A stretch of DNA of 64,000 bases from the human T2T-CHM13v2.0 reference genome, Homo sapiens. The position numbers and the translations under genes are program-made. Shown here one piece after another: positions 29,121-46,364 of this stretch. Under the pieces are notes generated by a model. That model was given only the letters and a program-made list of their open reading frames with translations, was not told the origin of the DNA and did not search any database. The stretch lies in assembly GCF_009914755.1 (NCBI RefSeq), contig NC_060934.1. One strand, given 5' to 3'. How positions within the stretch are numbered: position 1 is the first letter of the stretch; each line of letters opens with the position of its first letter.

Positions 29121-29492
29121 TACTGCTGTTAGGGAAGGCAATAGACTTGGTGATCAAGAGCCTGGGCCCTAGGGCCAGGCTGCTTGGACACAGTCTCCCT
29201 TTACTAGGTATGTGACTTTGGCTGGATTTCTTAGTTTATTTCTGCCTCAGTCTGCAAAATGGGTGCAATATTACTCACCTCACAATGTTGTAACAATTAA
29301 TTAAACCGATCCTTGAAAGGCACTTAGATAGTATCTAACAGTAATTACTTTAGTCAACAAATACTTACTGAGAACCTGCAATATGCCAAGCACTGCTCTA
29401 GGTTATTGGGATCCATTGGCAAACAAAATGGAAAAAATATCTACCCTTGTAGGGTTTATATTGTTGCTTACATTCTAGTGATAGCCATTATT

Positions 29493-29573
29493 GTTATTAT
29501 TATTATTATTATACATTTTCACTGCTCCTTGTGGAGCAGGGCTACCCTATAAGCAGTGAGCCCAGAGTAACCA
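29493..29573 (-). mobile_element. Short retroposed structured RNA (~53-nt body plus AT-rich tail) with TSD
   Basis: TSD AGCCATTATT at 29483-29492 and 29574-29583; (TAA)n tail on the minus strand; the body folds into two hairpins. Confidence 0.7.
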
Positions 29574-29629
29574 AGCCATTATTTTAAAATGAATTCTTAT
29601 TATGTAAATAATGTTAGTTCATATTTTAA

Positions 29630-29873
<244 letters not shown>

Positions 29874-30031
29874 TAAAATTGTTATTTTTAAGTGATTTGT
29901 TATTATTTAATAATTTTTTCTTGGCCTTAAGAGGGCACAAAACAGGAAGATATTTCACCCTCTGGGTTGGCACAAGAATATTTCCTATGGTTTTAAATTC
30001 CCACTGGGTTTGGGGATGGGAGTTGATACTA

Positions 30032-30517
<486 letters not shown>

Positions 30518-30739
30518 CTAAAGTTCACAAAGGCTAACATGGAGAGTGAACCTGGCACTGGGGCAGGGAGGGAGGCGGTCAGCGGCGGCTTCTGACAGCC
30601 CTGACTAACTGCCAAAAACAGGGTTTCAGCTGCGAACCAATGACACCCCAGAGCCCCAAAGACTTCTAGGAACTTTACCCTCCCCACTCCCAGCTTGCCC
30701 CAGCCCTGGTCCACACCTGTTCATTAGAAAATGACTTTT

Positions 30740-31026
30740 AAAAAATTTACTTATTTACTTTATAGAGATGGGGTCTCACTATATTGCCCAGGCTGGTCAG
30801 AAACTCCTGGGCTCAAGTGATCCTCCCGCCCCGGCCTCCCAAAGTTCTGGGATTGCAGTTGTGAGTCACTGTACCCAGCTGAGAAAATGACTTTTTATTT
30901 TCTTTATAAGAGGTGGGGTCTTGATATGTTGCCCAGGCTGCTTTTGAATTCCTGGGTTCAAGCAATCCTCCCACCTCGGCCTCTCAAAGTGCTAGGATGA
31001 CAGGTGTGAGCCACCATGCCTGGCTG
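30740..31026 (-). mobile_element. Two tandem FLAM/Alu left monomers
   Basis: Separated and flanked by three AGAAAATGACTTTT-like copies. Confidence 0.85.
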
Positions 31027-32335
31027 AGAAAGTGAGTTTTCATTTGTCACTTGTCATGCTGCCTGCCTGCCTGCTTCAGAGGGTGGGAGGGACGGGGGAT
31101 CCATGGGAAAACTGAAGCTCTTGTGAAGATTACAGAGGAGGCCTGATTGGGGAAAGGAAGGTGCCCTCCCAGGAATGCCTGGGAGACCCCGAGAGTAGGT
31201 GCTGTGTTCTCACGTTCTCATTGTCCTGAGAGACCAAGCCTCTGGCTGAATGCAGAGGAAGGTGATGCATCCAGCTGGGTGCCCCCTCCCCCAGCCCCCA
31301 TGCAAGGTGTTGGGGCTCACGGTACTTCAGGGTGTTCAGTTTGTAGTCAACAAGGGATAGGGGGACCTGAGGGTTGATTTTGTTCAGCAAGATACACAGT
31401 TTAAACTTTCAGCTAACGGAAGGTATTTTTGGTTTAGGGGAACAGGGATGAATTCTGGGCCACCTGCACATGTGTAAGTACAGCCATGAGCCTGCACCCA
31501 TGAGGGCACGTCTGCTGTGCGTGTCTGGATGCCTGTGTGTCTGCTCTCCATCTCTGGGTAGATTCACATATGAATACATATGTGAATACGGTTTGTGTGT
31601 CTGTTTGGATGGGCAGGAAAGAACTTAATCAAATGAGTCAGGAAATGAGGATTCCCTGGGGTCTGCTCCCAGCTGGGCCTCTCATGCAGTGGGGCCTTTG
31701 ATCTGTCCCTTCTGCTCTCCGGGCCTCCCCTGCCACACAGCCTGTTGCCCAAGCTATACTGGCTGATGCTAGTGCCCCTGAACGGGCTGGGTTCTTGGTG
31801 CCTCAGCCTGGCATGGGGAGAAGATCTGGGACTCAGGGAGCCTCCGAGGGTTGGCAGCAGGGTCCTGGGATGCACCCCATGACTGGCTAATTGGTCCCTT
31901 AGCACCGAGCTCAGGTACCGTCGCCCTGGTGCTGCTGCGCCTGCTCCCTGCCATGCCCTTCCAACTGGGCTGCACCGGGGACAGGAGGAGGAGCACCCAA
32001 CAACCCTTCGGCCCACCCCTGCACAACCAGGCCCAGCGATAAATTAGCATGTAGTGCCCAGGCTGGCCCCAAGCTACTCTGGCCACTTCCTGTTGGAGGT
32101 GGCCCCAGGCTCCCTGACCTCAAGGTGAGAAAATGCTGTTTCCAATGAACCTGCCCAGGATGACTGTTAACAGGGAGGAGGTCAAGGGCGGTGGCCATCC
32201 CTGAATCCAGTCAGCCCAACAGGGTCTACAAAAACAAACAAAACGTCCATGCCACCCACCCATCTGGGCTCAGGCTTCCTCTGCCCCCATCTCTCCCTCT
32301 CATTTCTGTCGCCAGCTGTCCTATTGGAAAAACAC

Positions 32336-32872
<537 letters not shown>

Positions 32873-33104
32873 TAGTGAACCAATTCCTACTGAGAGGACC
32901 AAAAATGGTGTCATTATTGAGATGATCACACTTGATCCTATACCAGTGGCAAAGTTCTTTCATGTCTGTGGGTACTCACTGGAGCCTCCCAGTAACTCTC
33001 TAGGCCAAGGCAGGAACCACTGCACATGGGACAAGCTACTTGCCCAAGGTCTTCCAGCCAGCAGGTGCAAGGGCTAAGACTAGAGCCCAGATCTTCTGAT
33101 TCTA

Positions 33105-33438
<334 letters not shown>

Positions 33439-34039
33439 TCACCAGCCTCGCTCCAGCAGACCTGCTGTTGGGTGGAAGCATAACCAAAAACAATGACTGA
33501 TGCCAGAATTTCAGGCTCACGCTTGACCTGTGGAGAAAAGGTTTTTGAGGTGGACTATGGAGGGGGACATTGGAACCTAAAGTTGCTCACTCGATTTGTA
33601 GATAGAAGGGGTGAATGTGGCTATGTATGGGGACACATATGCCAGGCACTGTTAGGCTCTTTACAGATGTGATTTCATTTACCTTCACAAGGTGGGGCAT
33701 TGTTCTCCCCACTTTATGGATAAGGAGATAGAGGCTCAGAGAGGTGACTTGAGTTGTCCAAGGTCATACAGCAAACAAGTGGCAGAGCTGGGCTTTGGAC
33801 CAGGCACTTTGGCTCCAAAGGGTTTGCCTCCACTACCACCTCACTTGGGATGAAGGCCTGAACTAGAAGCTGATTTGTGTGCATCAGACAGCACTCTGAA
33901 CTGGGCCTCCGCTACCCGCAGAACTCTCACTGAAGCTCTGCAAAGCAAAAGAACATGGCTCTCTAGGCCCCTTTCCCGGTGAACCTGCGGCCAGGGCTTG
34001 GGAAACAGACACTTGTTAGTAATTAACGGTGGCTGAACA

Positions 34040-34337
34040 GGCCGGGCGCGGTGGCTCACGCCTGTAATCCCAGCACTTTCGGAGACTGAGATGGGCGGAT
34101 CACGAGGTCAGGAGATCGAGACCATCCTGGCTAACACGGTGAAACCCTGTCTCTACTAAAAATACAAAAAATTAGCCGGGCGTGTTGGCGGGCGCCTGTA
34201 GTCCCAGCTACTCGGGAGACTGAGGCAGGAGAATGGTGTGAACCGGAAGGTGGAGCTTGCAGTGAGCTGAGATCGCGCCACTGCACTCCAGCCTGGATGA
34301 CACAGTGAGACTTTGTCTCAAAAAGAAAAAAAAAAAA
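34040..34337 (+). mobile_element. AluY flanked by ~93-bp direct repeats
   Basis: Full AluY (GAGATCGAGACCATCCTGGCTAACACGG). Repeats at 33947-34039 and 34334-34427. Confidence 0.95.
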
Positions 34338-34589
34338 GAACATGACTCTCTAGGCCCCTTCTCCCGTTGAACCTGCTGCCAGGGCTTGGGAAACAGACAC
34401 ATGTGAGTAATTAATGGTGGCTGAACAAAGAAAAGTGGCCAAAGTGGCCTGGGTGAGCCAGGCTGGGCCCGATCCACCTAGAAAAGCTTCCCTGAGGAGG
34501 AAAAAAAGCATCTCAGTCAGTAGTTCACCAGGGTTTCATGTTTTCATTCATTCAGGATCTCCAAGGTCAGTTTCCTTCCCAATTCCTGG

Positions 34590-35720
<1,131 letters not shown>

Positions 35721-36249
35721 TAGTCTCAGCCTCCACCACCCAGACAAGTGATAAAGCCCTAATTCTCTATGCATGACACTTCCGGTTTTATCTTTCAAAA
35801 CTCCTCCCCTTTACACATCACTCTCTAGCCTAAGTGAAGGGAGCACCACGAAACGCACCACACCACTGTGCCTTCACACACTCTGCTCTTGTCCCCCAGT
35901 GTCCATCTGGCCAACATCATCTTCACTGGGGCTCCTCCTCCCCCAGCCCTCCTGACCCTTCCCCAGAGCTGGCTTTCTCAGCTTTGTCCTTGAGCTGTTC
36001 ACAGATGACCTTGGCTCACCTGGATGGTGGAGACAGGCAGGACTTTTCTAAGAGGCCATACAAAGCAGCCCTGTGGGAAACGCGGCTGTGAGAATAACGG
36101 TGGATCCCAGTAGTCAAATACAAGGGCTCTGGAGCCAGGCTCTGCAGTTCAGAGCCCACTTTTTGGTACCTCCATTTTCTCATCTGTAAAATGAGATGAG
36201 AAAAATGCTGATTATAGTACTTACTTCCTAAGTGTGTTGTGAGGGTTAA

Positions 36250-36833
<584 letters not shown>

Positions 36834-38302
36834 TGAGCCCTGGGCGGTCCTCCAACAGCCTTCAGGCTTTAGTGCCTTCCCAGCCCCACTGTGTGTTACA
36901 GGGAAGAAAGCACAGCAGATGGGGGGACAAAGTCAGTCCCTAAGGTCAGCCGGCAAGAAGAGACCAGCCTGGGTCTGGCACCCCACTTTTAGCTGGGCGC
37001 TGCTCTTCCATCCCTTCTAGGAGGCCTGGCAAGAAGCTACTGAATAGAGTTGGGTCAGCGATTCTTTCCAAAGTCTGCCTAGGAGCTTGGTACCAAGCTC
37101 GTACCCCTTGTCACAGAGCCCTGAGAACACATCAAGTTAGGGAGGGTCCACCTGAGAGTATGGGGTGGGCCAGTCTAATTAGACCAGCAGGCATTTTTGT
37201 TGTCCATTCCCTTCTTCGTTCCACAAAGACTTCCTGAGCACCTACTATGCGCCAGGCACTGTCCTAGACTCTGAGAATACAGACAGAGCAGGACTGGCAG
37301 AAGTGGACCCCGGGAGAAGTGTGTCTGTGCCTGTGAGTGGGCAGCCACTTTGTGGCCCAGACCCTAGGTGTCCTGTCTGGTGCCCTCCCTCACGTCTACC
37401 TGTGGCCAACGTAGTAAAACATAAGTGCTGGACTACGCAGGTGATGCCAGTCCTGATTCTGCCATTGCCTCCCCAAAAGGCAAGGTGGCTTGCCTCTCTG
37501 AGTCTCAGAGTCCTCATCTACAAAGTGGGAGTGCAGCTGGGAGGTCCCAGCAAGTAACACCTGCCAAGGACCCAGCACTGTGGCCAGTGCTTCCCAGCAC
37601 ACAACAAATGGTCTTCGTCCACCTTCTGCCTCATCTGCCATCACCACGGCCCCCACCTCCTCGGACTGGAGTCCTGCCCTTCTTTCTGGCTTCCTGGGGC
37701 TGGTCACAGCTTGACAATAGCCAAGCCGCCCCTGGTCCCAGATGATACTGGAGACCTTTCCTGTAAGCCATTTTCCCTCTGAAGCTGGAGTCACACAGGT
37801 CTTAAAGCCTCAGCTCAGAGAAAGAAGAGGGGGAGGTGACAGGGGCTATATATCAGAGGCCTGTCTCAGCTGTTGGCAGAGATTCCTTCCCAGCCAGGGA
37901 CAGATGGCATCAGTCTCCTGGGGTCTGGATTGCCTGAGCTCCTGGGGTGGGTGCCAACACCAAGGGTGAGGAATTTGTGTGACCCTGTCACCTCCAGTCA
38001 GGGGACTCCCACACTCTTCTTCTTATAGCTGGGAACAAAGTGACAGGTCACTCTGAGGGGCAACTGATGACAGGCCCTTCTGTAACATTTATTTAGAACT
38101 GGCAGCCCCTCCTCCTTCCAAAAGGGCCTAAGGGAAAGCACTGACCATTTATGGAAGGCCTATTGTGTGCCCAGGCCTTTCTGCATTGACACTGCCATTG
38201 AGTCCCCACAAGAATGAGGAAACTGAGGCTCAGCAAGGTAAAGTAACTTCCTGACATCTGTCCACTAGTCCAAGGCAGAGGAGCATTAGAAAATGAGTTC
38301 CT

Positions 38303-38660
<358 letters not shown>

Positions 38661-41646
38661 AAGGACTTTCCTCTGTTATTTTTTAAAATGCAGATCAACA
38701 GGGCAAAAAGCATAAAAACAGACAATCATGCCTAGAGAGAGCAATAGTTCTTAACCTCCGGGAGAAGCTTTTAAGAATAGGATGTACATAATGCATTTAT
38801 AATGCTGATAAGTGCACTAAGCATTTTCTAGAGGGATATATAAGAAACCATTAGTAGCACAAACCTTTAGGAAGAGAAACGGAAGTGGGGAGGGAGCAGT
38901 GAGAGAATTTTGCTTCTCATTTTGTGTCTTTCTAGAACATGAATTATTTTCCATATGCATTTAAAAAGTGAAAACAAGGGGTTATCTGGACAGTAGGATT
39001 ATGGGCCATTTTAATTTTCTTCTTGACTCTTTTCTGAACTAAAAAAGAAAAATATGATTTTAAAAAAACCTTACGAAGCTAATGAAAGCTATGGACCTAA
39101 TCCCAATAAAATTTTACAGATATATTAATTCATATAATTAACAACCCTTTATAGGAAAGATTGGAGGGAATGATTATACTTAAAAGCCAGGCTAAAACAA
39201 GATTTTCATGACTAGAAGGATACATTCCTCTGATATCTATATTGAAGCTACTGTCATTAATAATTAAAAATGGAAAACAAAAACCTAGGCTAATGCGGTT
39301 TCTGGAACCAAGCATTTAATTTTACTTTGAGCCCCGTGCCTTATACAGAGCTTGAACAGAGGAGATGCTCAAAAAATCCATTGGTTAGTGGACATTTTGT
39401 GCTCACTGGATCCCGAAGCAGGTACCCAGTCAACACTTGTTAACAGAAACCAGTAGTCAAATACTATTGGTCCCAACCACTGTCCCTGGACCCCAGCTGG
39501 GACCCTTATCCAGGTGAGAGTCGGAGGAGTGTGGTCAGCCTTGGGCTGAGTTGTGAGATACTCTCCCCTGCAATGGGGTGAGGGTAAGGAGAGCACTGAC
39601 CACTGTCACTACCGAGTGTCTGGGAGTGGTGGACACAAGCAGGGTCTTCCTTTCCTGACTGCCCTTTTAATACAGTATGCAGAGGATGTGTGGACTCAGC
39701 CTCATTAAATATTTACTGCCTGTCCCCAGCCTACCTACCCTCCTCCAAACACGTGCAGGTGTACAGGTGAGCAGAGGCCAGGGCTGAAACTCTCGTTCTC
39801 ACATCTCTCTAGGAGCCAGAATCCAACCCCCTAGGATTCCTTTCCTCAGACCCAGGATATGAAATCACACCCAGAACACTGTGGGCACACCATGGCCTCA
39901 AAGGCAACACACGTCCATGTGTTGGCACCATCTTCCTCCAAACCAGATGACTTTTCCAGCTTCCCTCTCTGACATAGCCCCACATTCGCCCCATCACTCA
40001 AGCTCAAGGCCTCCATTTCCTCCATCTGTACCCCACTACCCCCAGTCCCGTCTCCAGACACCAGATGTTAGGAGCACTTCCTTCGGCAGCAACCTCCAGC
40101 CTTCCATCCCCTCTATTCTCCCCAGCAGCCCTGCTACCAGCCAATCAGTGTTCATGTCTGGGCTATTGCAGTAGACTCCTAACTTGTTTTCCTGATCCCA
40201 GGCCGTCCACCTCCAATCCAGCCTGCACCAGATGAATTAGAGCAGAGCACTCTTTTCCTCCATGCATGGCACAGCCCAGAAACATCTGAGAGCTTCCCAT
40301 TGGCTTCAGAATAAGAGTCTCACTTGCTCACCAGCATTCATTTAATTTAGCCAACACTTACATCATTCTGGGCCAGGTACTATTTATTCTAAGTGCTTTG
40401 CAACTATTCACTCATTTAAACTTTATAAAATGAATTTGGTACTGTTATGATCACTGTTTTACAGATGGAGAAACTGAGTCACAGAAGGGTTAAGTAACTT
40501 GTCAAGGTCCCAGCATTAGTAAGCAACAGAATTCAAATTTGAACCCAAGTAGTGTAGCTCCAGAGTCCTCATTCCTGTCTTTGGGCATTTGTGTCCAGAA
40601 TGCTCCATGCCACTTCGCTGACTACTTTCCCAAGGCTGAGTGTCTCCTTCGCCTTTTCCAAGCTTCTCTTCCATTTCTAGTGGCTCAGCCCAAGGGCGAG
40701 ACAAACTGATCTGAGTATGATTGTCTAGTCCTTTCCTTCCCATGAGGACTCCTTTGCTCTACCTTCCTCCTATGTGGACTGCCATCCACACCCCATCTCC
40801 AGCTCGTTCTTACCCTCTGTCCAGGCTGAGCTCTTCTCACTTCTCTGACACCTCCACCCTCCATTCTCAGTGGTCATGCACACCTCCCAAAACTTCCCCT
40901 CAGCCCTCACCTGGTGCTCTTGTCTAGTCTGTAGTATCAGTCGTCTTGTGGGGTCCGTAGAGATTCTATCTTTCTAGTTCCTTGAGGGTAAAGAGAGAGC
41001 ATGTTGCAATTCTCACTTATCTCCCCCAGTAGTCTGTTGCCAGAGGAAGCCGGAAGTAGCCAGAGGGAGCCAGAGGGACTAGTGAGACTGGACCAGTGAG
41101 GCAACCACAGGAAGGGACACAGAGTCAGCTAGGGGTAGGCTCTGCCTTCCTGGAAAAGGCCCTACACAGACTTGTTGGGCCATGCAAGGTGAGAAAGGAT
41201 GGTCCCAAGATTCGGCTTCTGCCTGCCTCTTCCACAAAGCTCCTGGCACTCTGGCCTCCTCATTCCCATCCCAGGGCATCTGTGCCAAGAATGCTGTGTT
41301 CCCATGTTCCTGCAGAGCCAGATTCCTGTCTCACAGCAGATGCTGCCTGAGTCACTTCCTCTTTGAGGCCTTCCCTGACCACTCCATCCAATTTGTTGCC
41401 ATTTCTCTTCCCCTATCTCTAGAGCCTCTCTCTCAGCATTGCCTTGTTTTATTTTTCTTTTTAATACTTACCAGTTTCCAAAGATATGACTTGATTCCTC
41501 AACCATTGTCACCCACCACCCCAATTAAAATGTAAGTTTCATGAGACATATCTCCCTTGTTCACCTCTGAACCGTAGGTCCTCACACATGCCTGGCACAG
41601 AGTAAGCCACTGATAAATATTTATTGAATGAAAGAAAGTATGGCCA

Positions 41647-41785
41647 GGGTCAGTAGCTCACGCCTGTAATCCCAGCACTTTGAAAGACTGAGGCAGGAGG
41701 ATTACTTGAGCCCAGGAGTTGGAGACCAGCCTGGGGAACATAGTGAGATCCCTGTCTTATTTTAAAAAAGAAAAAAAAAGAAAAA
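41647..41785 (+). mobile_element. FLAM monomer in an L2 3' end
   Basis: Single left monomer with A tail, next to ATAAATATTTATTGAATGAA. Confidence 0.8.
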
Positions 41786-42399
41786 GAATGCATGAAGGAC
41801 CAAATGAATGAATCTTGTTTGTTGCAAACCAATGCAGCCACACATGGGCCTGCGCTTCTCCTGTCTTTCTTTGGCTGGAAAAGACCATCTGTGTCCACAG
41901 GCAACTGCAACAAAGAACCTCATCCCAATGAGTGCTTTTGTCAAGATGCCAAAGAGGCCATGTGGGCAGATCTGGAGAGGTCAGGAAATAGGGACTAGGG
42001 ATGAGAGTGGTCTTGGTCCCCAGAAATTCCCACTTAAGTGGAGATGAGCTGCAGAAACCCTTTTTTGGTTTTAATCTTAATGCAAATCTTTAAAATGTGT
42101 ACATAATTTTTACCATTGTGGTAGGCAAAATAGCTTAATGTAGGCATAACTGCCTTAACCAACCATTTTCTTACTGAGCTCTCACATGAACCCTAAAAGG
42201 TAACTAGAAATCTGTTTTTAATGGAAGACATAGTTGAGGTTCAAAGATATTAAACTACTTGCCAAAAATTACTCAGTTCTAAATTTTGTCCTAGACCAGA
42301 ACATTACCGAATGATGTTTGACCTCCTCACTCATATTGCAATGAGATCCTTTGTACAGAAGAGACCCTAAGTAGGGGTGGGAGAATATTGATAATATTT

Positions 42400-42504
42400 A
42401 ACCCGTATTGAGCTATTTCTATGTGTCAGGCACTTTTCTGAGACACTTAAATATAGAAACTAATTTAATCCTGACAATGTCCTTTTAAGAAATGAACTCT
42501 TGTA
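42400..42504 (-). mobile_element. MIR, first part (continues at 47564-47584, 48222-48287 and ~48678-48720)
   Basis: ATGTGTCAGGCAC...TTTAATCCTGACAA, then after the insertions ATCCTCAGTTAACAGATGGGG...GAAATGAAGACACAGAGAGGTTAAGTACCTTGCC, collinear with the MIR core. Confidence 0.75.
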
Positions 42505-42791
42505 TGGGGTGGGACTGTGCAAGGTGGAGCAGCAACAGAGGTGAGGGCTCAGCAGGCAGTCACAGGATAGGGCTGTGGGAGCCAGGCCACTGAGGTTGGG
42601 GCTGACTGAACTCACGGACCTGATACTTTTCTCGAGAAACAAACCAGCTCAAAAGAAAAATGGCATTTGTTGCAACACAAGGAGCCGTGGTGGTTGACCA
42701 AACCACTCTGATGAAAAAGTACCTTCAGTTTGTGGTAGCTCTCACAGATGTAAATATAACTGATGAAACAAAGTTAAAAATCATGCAAGAA
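42505..42791 (+). pseudogene. TRRAP: Processed 5' fragment of TRRAP mRNA (probable CpG-decayed 5'UTR plus first 44 codons), fused to L1
   Basis: ORF at 42660 reads MAFVATQGAVVVDQTTLMKKYLQFVVALTDVNITDETKLKIMQE. The recalled TRRAP N-terminus is MAFVATQGATVVDQTTLMKKYLQFVAALTDVNTPDETKLKMMQE (39/44 identical). Upstream 42505-42659 is G-rich with many TG/CA, as expected for a decayed CpG-rich 5'UTR. Confidence 0.9.
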
Positions 42792-43748
42792 AGTATTTGC
42801 AAGCCTCATGGTGACCTCAAACCAAGAAACATGCAATGGATACACAAAAAATAAAAAGTAAGAAACTAAATCATATCACCAGAGAAAATCATCTTCAGTA
42901 GAAGAAGACAGGAAGGAAAGAAAGAAGAGAAAACCAGAAAACAACCAGAAAGCAAATAACAAAATGGCAGGAGTAAGTCCCTACTTTCAATAATAACACT
43001 GAATGTAAATGGACTAAACTCTCCAATCAAAAGACACAGATTGCTGGAATGGATGTAAAAACAAGACCCATTGATCTACTGCCTGCAAGAAACACACTTC
43101 ACCTATAAAGACACAGACAGACTGAAAATAAAGAGATGGAAAAAGATATTCCATGCCAATGGAAACCAAAAAGAGCAGGAGTCACTATACTTATATCAGA
43201 CAAAAACTATAAGAGACAAAGAAGACCACTATATAATGATAAAGGGGTCAATTTAGCAAGAGGATACAACAATTTAAAATGTATATGCACCCAACACTGG
43301 AGCACCTAAACATATAAAGGAAATATTATTAGAGCTAAAAACAGAGATAGACCCCAATACAATAATAGCTGGAGACTTCAACACCACTTTCAGCATTGGA
43401 CAGATCTTCCAGACAGAAAATCAACAAAGAAAAATCAGACTTAATCTGCACTATAGACCAAATGGATCTAAGAGATATTTACAGAACATTTTATGCAAGA
43501 GCTGCAGAATATACATTCTTTTCCTCAGCACATGGATCATTCTCAAGGATAGACCATATGTTAGGTCACAAAATAAGTCTTAAAGCATTCAAAAAAGTTA
43601 AAATAATATCAAGCATCTACTCTGACCACAATGGAATAAAACTAGAAATTAATAACAAAAGGAATTTTGGAAACTATACAATATATGGAAATTAAACAAT
43701 CTGTTGCTGAATGACCAGTGGGTCAATGAAGAAATTAAGAAGGAAATT

Positions 43749-44019
43749 GGGCCGGGTGTAGTGGCTCACACCTGTAATTCTAGCACTCTGGGAGGCCTAC
43801 GTGGGCCAATTCCTTGAGCTCAGGAGTTCAAGACCAGCCTGGGCAACATGACAAAACCCTGTCACTACAAAAAATACAAAACTTAGCTGGGTGTGATGGC
43901 ACATGCCTGTATTTCCTCCTGTATTCCCAGGGGGCTGAGGTGGGATGTTAAGGTTGCAGTGAGTCGAGATCACACCACCACACTCCAGCCTGGGTGGCAG
44001 AGCCAGACCCTATCTCAAA

Positions 44020-44056
<37 letters not shown>

Positions 44057-44110
44057 GAAAAGAAAAGAAAAAAAGAAAGAAAGGAAAGAGAGAAAGAAAA
44101 AGAAAAAAGG
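43749..44110 (+). mobile_element. Alu (J/S-like, partly deleted) with GAAAA tail, inserted in L1 ORF2
   Basis: GGCCGGGTGTAGTGGCTCAC start and A/GAAAA tail; L1 ORF2 resumes afterwards. Confidence 0.9.
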
Positions 44111-44421
44111 AATGAAAAAACTTCTTGAAACAAATAATAATGGAAAAACAACATAACAAAACCTATGGGATACAGCAAAAGCAATACTAAGAGGGAAGTT
44201 TATAGCTAAAAGTGCCTACATTGAAAAAGAGGAAAAGCTTCAAATGAACAATCTAACAATGCAGCTTCAAAGACTATAAAAGCAAGAGCAAACCAAACCC
44301 AAAATTAGCAGAAGAAAAGAAATCATAAAGATCAGAACACAAATAAATAAAATTGAAATAAAAAAATACAAAAGATCAATGAAACAAAAAGTCGGTTTTT
44401 CAAAAAGTTAAACAAAATTGA

Positions 44422-45936
<1,515 letters not shown>

Positions 45937-46233
45937 AAAAAGTTAAACAAAATTGACAAATCTTTAACCAGACTAAGAAACAAAGACAGAAGATACAAAT
46001 AAATAAAATCAGAAATGAAAAAGGAGACATTACAACTGATACTTCAGAAATTTAAAGGATCATTAGTGGCTACTATGAGCAAGTATATGCCAATAAATTG
46101 GAAAATCTAGAATAAATGGACAAATTCCTAGATACATGCAATCTACCAAGATTAAATTGGGAAGAAATCCAAAACCTGAACAGACCAATAACAAGTAACG
46201 AGTTTGAAGCCATAATAAAAAGTCTCCTGTTAA

Positions 46234-46364
46234 CCCATTTATGCCAGAGGTTGCAAATTTTTTGTGTGTGAAAAATCAGACCTTGACAATGACCTTGAGC
46301 AATAGGGTATAAATAACTCCTACAAACATAGCATTCCAATAATGGAACACTAGGCATAAATTGG
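46234..46364 (-). mobile_element. MER85 piggyBac (PGBD3-derived) MITE inserted in L1 ORF2
   Basis: TTAA at 46230-46233, then TIR CCCATTTATGCC; the other end reads GGCATAAATTGG. Internal near-palindrome ATTCCAATAATGGAAC matches the recalled MER85 consensus. Confidence 0.88.

Noticed and set aside
42660-42854. Functional TRRAP gene exon
   Set aside because: No splice donor or further TRRAP exons; carries amino-acid changes and is fused to L1. It is a retrocopy fragment.
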